DNA of 64,000 nucleotides from an uncultured Acidobacteriota bacterium (GTDB lineage Bacteria; Acidobacteriota; Thermoanaerobaculia; UBA5066): NCBI GenBank assembly GCA_963779415.1, contig CAVZYA010000002.1, positions 1,216,001 to 1,280,000 of the forward strand, read 5' to 3'. Shown piece by piece: positions 55,744 to 64,000 of this stretch (position 1 is its first letter; each line of letters starts with the position of its first letter). The notes under the pieces were generated by a model. It saw only the letters and a program-made list of their open reading frames with translations, ran no database searches and was not told where the DNA came from. The position numbers and the translations under genes were made by a program.

Positions 55744-56968
55744 TCAGCGCTGGCGGGGTGGTGGTAAGGCGGACGCGCGGTCGTCGCCCGGCACACCGAC
55801 CTCCATGTCGTCCACGACGAGCTGCCAGTAGTGACTCGTCGTGAGGACGAGGCGGTCGATCCCGTGAAATGCCGCGTCGAACCAGACCGGCCCGAGGCTG
55901 GAGAGGCGAAGCTCGTCCTCGGCCACGGTGCTCTCACCGCGGAAGGCCTGTATCCGGAGCCTCTCGCCCTCCGCGTCCCGGGCCCCGACGCCGAAATAGG
56001 CACCGAGGAAATCGAAGCCTCCCGCACGCGAGATCGTCACCGGATGTCCGGAGCTCCCGTAGCCGACATAACGGCCCGAGGTCACATTGTTCGTATAAGC
56101 GTCTCCTCCGGTCGCCGCGTCGATCGCGTTCATGTAGAACCAGTCGAGGCCGGCGACGCCGGATGGGACCTTCATGACCGGGGTCCCGGTGATCGACTCG
56201 AAGTCGACGGTGGTGCGTCGTCCCGCCGGCTCGATCTTCGGGTCTCCGAGGACGATCGTGGAGACCCGCACCGGCGCGTCCCGTACGACGATTTCTCTTT
56301 CGACGCCGGCGTTGGACCCGGCCTTCCCCGCGATCAGCCTCCACCGGCCGAGTACGGCCGGTATCTCGAAGAAACCTCCTTTGGAAAGCAAGACGTCCAC
56401 GGTCTCGCCACCGGGGCCCCGGGCGGAGAGCGAGGCCCCTTCCGGTGGCTCGACGGCTCCGTCGGCACCGCGGACGACGACCCTCCCTCCGATGACGAGC
56501 CGCGGTGCGAGACCGAACGGCCGTGGCGGATTCCTCGACACCAGGTCCGCCGGTGCCCCCGGCAGCGCTTCCAGGGTCGTTCGCTGCTCCGCGTTCCCCG
56601 TGGTCAGAATCCATCCCGGGGGGATGCGCACGCTGCAGAGGTATTCCCCCGGCTTCCTCAAGGAGGCGTCTCTCTGGGAAAGGGACATCTGGAGGTTCGC
56701 GAATCCACGGACGTTCGAGCCCTCGATAAGGTCTTGCCGGCCGGGGTCTGATCGCGACGACCACCGACGCCATCGGCAGATCTCCAACGTCGAAAACGCC
56801 GTTCCGGTTCCGGTCCCGGAACACATATCCCGAGAGGTGGATTCCTCCCCTGTAAGGGGCCGACCAGTCCGCCCGCTCCGGGTAGTCCGCCTTCGACTGG
56901 CTCGACCGCCAGCGCCACCAACGCCACGCGTCGACGAGCGGAAGCGTCGCGCCGACGACGAAAATCAA
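55744..56968 (-). CDS. Membrane-anchored protein with SdrD-B-like domain (frameshift near 56745; start uncertain)
   Basis: LSGYVFRDRNRNGVFDVGDLPMASVVV followed by PGEY...PPGWILTT in the second frame. Confidence 0.6.
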
Positions 56969-57029
56969 CCAGAGAAATTTGTGATTACGCCACCAGGCGG
57001 GGACGAGTTTCGGGGCCAGCGGCGTGAAT

Positions 57030-57248
57030 CTACTGCTTCCGTCGAGACCGCGCCATTCCCCACGCGCCTACCATCGCGAGCCCGCCGGCCAAGGTGGCGA
57101 GGCCCAGCCCATCCAGCGTGGGAACCGAGGCAAAGGGTGAATTGCCGTTGCCCGGTTGGGCGAGGGCCTGCGCGACGTGAAGCAGGCAGGCCAAGGCGAC
57201 GGCGACCCGGAGCCTACTGGGGGAGATGAAGGTGAAGAGCTTCCTCAA
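57030..57248 (-). CDS. Small secreted peptide with IPTL-CTERM-like sorting signal
   Basis: TTG start after GGAGG; signal peptide ending AQALA; VPTL + hydrophobic helix + RSRRK. Confidence 0.6.
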   Translation of the reverse strand: MRKLFTFISPSRLRVAVALACLLHVAQALAQPGNGNSPFASVPTLDGLGLATLAGGLAMVGAWGMARSRRKQ

Positions 57249-57410
57249 TTGAACCTCCCGCTGGCCAGAGAAGCGGCGTCCGCGACTCGATGACTCCGAA
57301 GCGATCGCCGGTCTCTCGGTCACTGTGCGATGAACCTACGCCTCTGCACGGTACCGTCAACCCCATGCGAGATGGGGTCCGAGAAAGGGGTCACCGAGCA
57401 CGGTGAGCAC

Positions 57411-58435
57411 GGGGTCAGGTCTGCTAAATTGCGGTTCACGACACCTCTGCAAGGAGGGCCTCCAGACTCTTTCGGAAGGCCGCTTCCTTCTCCGCGAGCT
57501 GCTCGGCCGCTGTCGCCATGTGCGAGGCCGACCAGGACCTGACGCCGAGGAACGCCCCGATCGCTTCCAGCGGGAGCGCCGCTTCCCTGCGGGCTGCAGA
57601 GCGACAGCCAGGCGAACAGGACCGCCGCGCTTTCTTCGAACATCGCCCGGAGGGACGGCGAAGATGCGGGCCGCCGCGTCCGCGATCGTTTCGAGGCTGG
57701 GCCTGCGCAGTAACCGCTGTCGGCGGGGAATCTCCGGGAGCGTCTGCCGCCCGTCCATCCAGCGTTCGGCCTTCCCGACAAACTCGTCGCCGCCAAGGAG
57801 GATCTGGTGGGTGAGGGTCTGCCACGGGGCATACCCGGATCGAAGTCCGTCGGAAACGAACTCCCGATAGCGTCCCTCAGCCAGAGCCCTTCGGGAAGCG
57901 AAGAGGGAGAGGACGCCGTCTGTATCGAGCCATTCGGAGGCGGATTCGTGGCCGGCGGTGGCGCGGTAGCTGCTCCACCGCCAGTTACGCGCTGAGCGGG
58001 CCGCCCCCGCCCGGACGGGGTTGAGGACGACGTAGCGACACAGCTCCAGCAGGTGGGCCTCCTTCTCCACGAGGATCCCCTTGAAGCGCCCCTGCATCAG
58101 GTGACCGGAGCGGCCATGCCGCCGGTTGAATCGCTGGGTGTAGATGCCGTTGAGCTGGCGCATGCCGCGCGAGAGGTTCGGCTCAGGTGTCTCGAGAAGC
58201 AGGTGATAGTGGTTGTTCATCAGGACCCATGCATAGAGCCGCCAGTGGAACATCGCGACCGCGCGCCCGAGGATCTCGAGAAACAGCTCGCGGTCGGGGT
58301 CGTCCCGGAAGATCTCCCGACGCTCGTTGCCTCGGCTCGTGACATGCCACAGGGCACCGGGGTGTTCAAGGCGCAGGGGGCGAGACATCAAACGCTCCTG
58401 CGGCGAATTCTATCGCAATTTAGCAGACCTGACCC
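57411..58435 (-). mobile_element. HUH tyrosine-transposase unit bounded by perfect 22-bp inverted repeats
   Basis: GGGTCAGGTCTGCTAAATTGCG (57412-57433) and CGCAATTTAGCAGACCTGACCC (58414-58435). Confidence 0.85.
57436..58388 (-). CDS. REP-associated/TnpA-Y1 HUH tyrosine transposase with C-terminal HTH-like extension (frameshift near 57600)
   Basis: MSRPLR..PGALWHVTSRGNER, LMNNHYHLL (HUH), GHLMQGRFK, YVVLNPVRAG, WSSY; tail LEAIGAFLGVRSWSASH. Confidence 0.9.
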
Positions 58436-58462
58436 TCAGCCCTCCTCGAGCCCAACCCTCCT

Positions 58463-58700
58463 TTCGTCTGGAGCAAGCCGTCGGCATAGTACGCGGTACG
58501 TTTCCGTCGCCCCGTCGGGGAAGACGGTCTTCTGAAGCCGCTTCAGGGCGTCGTACTGATAGCTCGTGACGTTGCCGTTGGGGTCGGTGATGGAGGTGAG
58601 GAGATCGTTGGTCCACGCGTAGAGGGTCGTGCCGCCGGCGGCGTCGAGTGATTTCCGGAGCCTCCCCATCTGTCGTAGCCGAGGTTCGTGATCTTGCCGT
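58463..58700 (-). pseudogene. Internal Rhs/YD-core fragment
   Basis: Aligns by eye with 61528-61765; LLTSITDPNGNVTSYQYDALKRLQKTVFPDGATETY. Confidence 0.9.
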
Positions 58701-58777
58701 AGACCGGCAGGAGAGAAACCGCAAAAAAACGCGGAGTCGAACCGCAATTTAGAGGACCTGACCCTCAGCCCTCTCGA

Positions 58778-58874
58778 TCGTCCTCATCCTGAAAAATGTC
58801 CGGCGCTCATTGCCCCGGCTCGTGAGGTGCCAGAGGGCGCCCGGGTGTTCGAGACGCAGGGGGCGGAACATCAA
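58778..58874 (-). pseudogene. Truncated, diverged 5' copy of the HUH transposase gene
   Basis: Reads MFRPLRLEHPGALWHLTSRGNER; matches 58295-58391, and the adjacent leader to 58896 is also conserved. Confidence 0.85.
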
Positions 58875-59136
58875 GCGCTGCTGAGGCGGATTCTATCGCA
58901 ATTTGGCAGACCTGACCCCAAACCTCCGTGACCCCAAACCTCCGTTCGTCGATCCCGAGCGGCGCCTGCCCGTCCTTCTACCGAAAGCCGCGTAGGCGGC
59001 GTCGAATCCGTCGAGCCGTCCATTCCAGACGCGATCGAGGTGTGCGCGAGGTCCATACCTCTCACCCTCGATCAGAACCTCTGCCCCGGCCGCCGGCCCC
59101 CGCAGTTTCCATTGCGCCCCTACACCCTTTGCAAGC

Positions 59137-59538
59137 TCAACGCATAGTTGAAATGTAAAGAAACGCCATGTATCCTAGCCCAACAGGCACCGCAGCGATG
59201 ATGATTCGCTTCATCCAGAGCTCGATACGGTCGAGTAATTTCCCTCCTTGCCACCATCGTATAGGCGGTTCAATCTCCTTCAGTTCCTCGATCTCACACG
59301 TGTGACCGCTGGCGGCGGCTGTCAGCTCGCCGCAAACCGGGCACTTCTCATATTCACAATCCGGTACATGAAACTGACCGCGACTGACACCGCAGCCATT
59401 GCATGGCGCATCACCCCAGCCGGCCTGTTCATCGCCAAATCTGATCCGCGAATGCGGCTTACCCTTAACGGTGTAGACCGTGAGACCTTGCGCGTCGCCA
59501 ATACGCCGCTTCCAAGCGTCGGTCATCTTGCGTGTCAT
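59137..59538 (-). CDS. Putative immunity protein: Cys/His zinc-binding domain + C-terminal TM helix
   Basis: ATGA overlap with the Rhs C-terminus; CNGC..H..C...CPVC...HTC; visibly lower GC. Confidence 0.65.
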   Translation of the reverse strand: MTRKMTDAWKRRIGDAQGLTVYTVKGKPHSRIRFGDEQAGWGDAPCNGCGVSRGQFHVPDCEYEKCPVCGELTAAASGHTCEIEELKEIEPPIRWWQGGKLLDRIELWMKRIIIAAVPVGLGYMAFLYISTMR

Positions 59539-62500
59539 TTGGGCGGCCCCTCACAACAGATCTCATTCAAATATCCGATCAAACCACCTGCAACACCGCC
59601 AGCTACGGGTGCCCCGAAGATCAGGCGACTTATGAGACTTTCCGCCCAAAGCGTGCCGGGCCTTCCATTCATGTAGCTGTTCAAGGCCTTCGGAATCGCT
59701 ATCAGTCTCCAGGCCTCAGAGCCACCACCTAATCTCTGAGCGGTCAGCCAGTGGTGAAGGTCCCATTTGACGCCGAGGTGTTCGGCGCCACCCAACGTCT
59801 TCCAAAAACGCGCGCTGACGGTGGAGAACTGCCGGGTCTCATTCAAGAGCCTCGGCCCTGCTAGTGGATTGCCGGCCATGCGGAAGGGGAGAGGCGCGGC
59901 GATGCTCAGCCCCTTCAGCAGAGACAGCGCTCCCTTCACGACGCGCACAGTGTGTCCCCGTTGCCGAAACCTTCGCCGGATTGCTGGGCTTCTGCCATAC
60001 CGGCAGCTCGAAGCAGCGCGGAAGCAACTGAGGCGCCGGCAGCAGCCAGTGGGTCGGTGGACGTCTTTGCGACATCGTCGTAGAAGGCTAAGGTGGCGCG
60101 TATATCCCAGTAATCACCAAACTCCGCGCCAAGCGGGTCGAACCCAATGAGAGGGCGCACGCCCTGCATACGCGTAGAAATTGACGTCAACTGCTGGCCG
60201 AAAGGATCCTCGCTGAGAAGGCGGCCTAGGCCTGGTTGGTAATATCGTCGCCCTGTAGAAGTGCATTCCTGCGACGCCGACCTCGCGGCCGGTGTATGTG
60301 AAGCCGTGTGTTCTGGTCCCGGTTTCGTTCCTCGGGGCGCCCCAGGCATCGAAGGAGAGCGAATGCGAGACGGTTCCCGCAGGGTTGTTGGTCGCGATGA
60401 CCGAGCCGAGCCCGTCGGCGTTCAGGTAGCTGATGGTGCCCGAGGCCGAGATGGCGAGAGGCTCGTCGATTGAGGGGCCGTTCAGGATGTAGGTCGGCGA
60501 GGCGCTGACGGTCGCGGCGATGGGATTCAGGCCGTCGTAGAGGTAGGTCGTGGTCACGCCGCCTTCGGTCTTCGAGGTGCGTCGGCCCTGATAGTCGTAC
60601 GTGTAGGTCGCGGTCTCGGCGCCGGTGATGCTCGTCAGCCGGTTGTCGACGTCGTAGCCGAAGGCGTAGTTCGTTCCACCCGTCCGCGCCGTCTGGCTTC
60701 CGTTCGGGTCGTAGGCATAGGCGTTTACGCCGTCGCTCGAGAGGCGCTGGCCGTTGAGAGGATTCGCGCCGTTCTTGAGGTAGGTGTAGCTCGGCCCGGT
60801 GCCATTCACCTTCGAAGAGATCGGTTTCCGAGCCCGTCGTACGTCCACTCGTGGGTTTCACCGTTGAAGACGGTTCCCCGCCGGGTACTGGGCCTTCACG
60901 AGCTGGTAGAGCGGGTCGTAGAAGTACTTGCTTTGAGCCGTTAGTTCAAGCCCTGGGCCGGGACGGTGGCCGTCATCGACGGTCCTCTGGCCCAGCATCG
61001 TATCGCTTCCCGAGGCCCAGTCGTGATCGTAGCCGTAGGAGAAGCTCGCGAGGGTCGTGGCGCCGAGGGTGTTCGAAAGCTGGGTCAGCCGCCCCTGGTC
61101 GTCGTAGGTGTAGTCGCGGTGCTGGCCATTGGGGAAGGTGATCTCCTGATACTGGCCGGCCGGGGTGTAGGTGTACTTGAAGTTCCCCGAGACGACGCTC
61201 CAGGTGATCGTGTCCAGCGAGCCATCCGGGTAGTAGGAGAAGGTCTGCGTGGGGCCGGCCTGGACGGCCATGGTCTGCACCCGGTCCTCGGGCGTGTAGG
61301 TGTAGCTGAGCGTGCCGCGCGGGCCCTGGGTGGTCGAGGCGACGCGGTAGCTGCCGTCGTAGGTGAAGCTGTGGGTCTCGGTCGGGGTGACCGACGTGTC
61401 GACCACCTGCGTCAGCTTCTGCCCGATGTACGTATAGGTGATCGTCGCCGAGCTGGGATAACTCTTCTTCGTCAGCCGCTTGAAGCCGTCGTACTGGTAG
61501 GTGATGGTCTGCCCCTTCCGGTCGGTCTTCGTCTGGAGCAAGCCGTCGGCATAGTACGTGTACGTTTCCGTGGCCCCGTCGGGGAAGACGGTCTTCTGAA
61601 GCCGCTTCAGGGCGTCGTACTGGTAGCCGGTGACGTTGCCGTTGGGGTCGGTGATGGAGGTGAGGAGGTCGGCGGTATAGGCGTAGCTCGTTTCGTTGCT
61701 CGCGGCGTCGATCGACTTCCGGAGGCGCCCCTGCTCGTCATAGCCCAGCTTCGTCAGCTTGCCGTTCGGGTCGGTAATCTGGGTGAAGACGAGGCTGGTG
61801 GCCGAGTCGAAGTTGTCGTAGTCGTAGGTCGTCGTGAAGACCTTGCCGCCGACCGGGGGGAGGGTGACCGTCAGGACGCGGCCGAGGGGATCGTAGGTGT
61901 AGCTGGTCGTCTTGCCGTTCGGATCGAGGATGGCCAGCGGCCGTCCGACGCCGTCATAGTTCGAGTAGGTCGTCTGGGGCCTCGTCCCGGAGTCGGCGTT
62001 CAGCGACGCCGTGACGGTGGAAAGGTTCCCCGCGTCGTCGTAGACATAATCGGTCGCGGCGCCGGAGGCCGAGGTCTGCTTCGTGATGCGGCCGTGGGCG
62101 TCGTACTCGAAGCTGCTCAGGGTCTCCAGCGTCACGCCGTCGTCCTTCACGCGCTTGACCGTCTTCAAGGCGCCGGGGGCGGGGTCCCCGGCCTGCCAGT
62201 AGTCGTACTTCCACCCCTGCCAGTTGGGGTCGGGGACGTGCGTCGAGGGGTTCTTCGGCGTGACGGAGACGACCTTGTCGGGGAAGTTCGTGTCATAGGC
62301 GTAGTCGTGCTCGACGGAGGCGCCTCCGCCATTCCGGGTGACGGTGAGGACGTGGCCTGCCGCGTCGTACGTGTAGCCGGTGGCGACGCCCACCTCGTCG
62401 AACGCCGTCTGGATGGAGCCGTCGGGGTTGTACTGGGTGGTCGTGCTGGCGCCGCTCTGCGCGCGTCCGCCGATGAGGCCGCCGTCGCCGAAGCTGAAGC

Positions 62501-64000
62501 TGGTGGTGTTTCCGACGGTATCGGTCTTCGAGGTGTGCGTGGCGTCGACGTAGTTGTAGGTGTAGGTCTCGCCATGCTCCGAGTAGCTCGTCACCCGGTC
62601 GGCGAGGTCCCACGTGACGATCGTGAGCGGCCGGTTCCAGTTGTCGGCGATCTGGGTCAGGACGGGGCCGAAGCTGCCGGTGTTGTAGGAGTAGCGGGTG
62701 GCGCGGCCGGCCGGGATCGGTGACCGTGGCGAGGTTCCCCTGTCCGTCATAGCCGTACCGGACGACGCGGCCGGCGCTGTCATGGACGGAGTCGATCTTC
62801 CCGTCGGCGCGCCAGGAGACGTCGATGTATCTGCCGGAGCCGGACTGGTCGGAGAGGCGCTGGACCTGGCTCGAGGCGTTGTACGTGACGAGAATCGAGT
62901 TCCCGAACTCGTCGGTCAGGGTCGTGAGCCGCCCCGTCGAGTCGAAACGGTAGACGTTCCGGCTCTTCTCGAGCGTGAGGTCGAACGTGCCGTCGGGGTT
63001 CCGGACGAGCGTGTCCTTCCGGCCGTTCGGCGGCGTGAAGGGGCCTTCGGCGACGGTGTAGGAGAACGCGATCTGCTGGCCGCTGGGGAGGGTGACGACG
63101 ACAACCCTGCCGGCTTGCGTCAACCGGTAGGCCAGCTTCGCTTCCAGGCTGGAGCGCCAGCCGGGGCCGTTCAGTCCCTTCGTCGTCGAGGAGCTGAGGT
63201 AGAGGCGGTCGATGGAGAGGGGGAAGCCGGCGGTCGGAAGAGTGAGGTCGGTGGCGGAGGTCGTGTAGACGCCGCTTCCGACGACGACGGGCGAGCCCGT
63301 GCAGTTCGAGAAGCCGCAGCCCGCTTCGCCGCAGCGGCAGTCGGGGTCGGCGCGGTTGTCGACGTTCAGGAAGAGGAAGGCCCCGCGCGACTCGCCGGCG
63401 GGCGAGGCGTCGGTAGCGAAATCGGACTCCCGCCGGACGAGGTAGGTGTTTCCGATCGCCTGGACGTCGATGAAGTAGAGCCCGAGTTCGTACGGAGCCT
63501 GGAGCGGCTCGATACCGAAATAGCCGCGGTGGCTGGCCGTGCTGTCCCCGGAGGTGGCCGGGTAGGGCGAGTTGAACTCGATGCCGTCGATGACCCCGTT
63601 CACGCTGTCGACGGGCGGGAGGGTGCACGGGCGCCCCGCGACGCCGCCGACGCCGGACTGGACCGGCGCCCCTTCGTGGTCGAAGCGCGGACAGCGGTAG
63701 ACCCGGAAGGCGCCGTCCGTCACGAGGTCCCCGTTCCCGTCTACGAGACGCAGCCGGAAGCGAGGCGTTTCTCCGGTCACGAGGCTCGGGTCTTCCGGAG
63801 ACTCGAAGTGGTCCACGACCCACGTCCCGGAACTCGCCTTCCAGATCGTGTGCGGATCCTCGAAGACTTCGGGGAGCGTCGCGAGAACTTTCGAGCCGGA
63901 GATTGCGGCGAGGGTCAGGCGCTGGACGTCGCCGGCCGAGGTCTTCGGCATGGCGGCCGTCGTCGCCCCCGGGACGACGCGGTAGGGGGGCGTTCCGTCG
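59535..64000 (-). CDS. Rhs/YD-repeat polymorphic toxin (5' end outside window; roughly eight indels)
   Basis: DUF6531-like SPVVVGSG...DLTLP...GPGW, many YD repeats, YTGRE, RYYQPGLGRLLSEDP, PLIGFDPLG cleavage motif near 60140, variable C-terminus. Confidence 0.9.

Larger units (their letters stand above)
58414..58944 (+). repeat. Three direct copies of the terminal repeat (58414, 58743, 58897) plus a 16-bp tandem duplication
   Basis: CGCAATTTAGCAGACCTGACCCTCAGCCCTCCTCGA; CGCAATTTAGAGGACCTGACCCTCAGCCCTCTCGA; CGCAATTTGGCAGACCTGACCCC; TGACCCCAAACCTCCG x2 at 58913-58944. Confidence 0.9.

Noticed and set aside
58414-58919. Repeat-spacer pattern as a CRISPR array
   Set aside because: Only three copies, very unequal spacers (~290 and ~120 bp), no cas genes; the repeats are the transposase IRs.

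Overview
GC-rich bacterial chromosomal window. Gene content (Hanks kinase-TPR proteins, paired VPS10/BNR hydrolases, IPTL-CTERM) suggests Acidobacteriota, possibly Thermoanaerobaculia; this is inference. Many genes carry single-base indels, often in homopolymers, typical of an unpolished long-read assembly, so most frameshifts are treated as probable errors. Most of the window is housekeeping or metabolic (thrC, phhA, korAB-type oxidoreductase, fumC, qor, HtrA, Fpg/Nei, SRAP, transporters). Three regions stand out. (1) 14.6-20.3 kb: an AraC-preceded cluster with an M4/M36-like metalloprotease and a trypsin-like protease fused to an S1/P1-nuclease/phospholipase-C domain whose normally N-terminal WGALGH Zn ligand is internal, suggesting a proteolytically unlocked effector. 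(2) 53.0-55.7 kb: a single-chain tandem tyrosine phenol-lyase-like protein whose two halves have lost complementary catalytic motifs. (3) 55.7-64 kb: an Rhs toxin/immunity locus followed by a HUH tyrosine transposase (RAYT/TnpA-Y1) bounded by perfect 22-bp inverted repeats. Further direct copies of that repeat bracket an Rhs-core fragment and a truncated transposase 5' end, and dispersed copies occur elsewhere. No rRNA, tRNA or CRISPR array was recognised.
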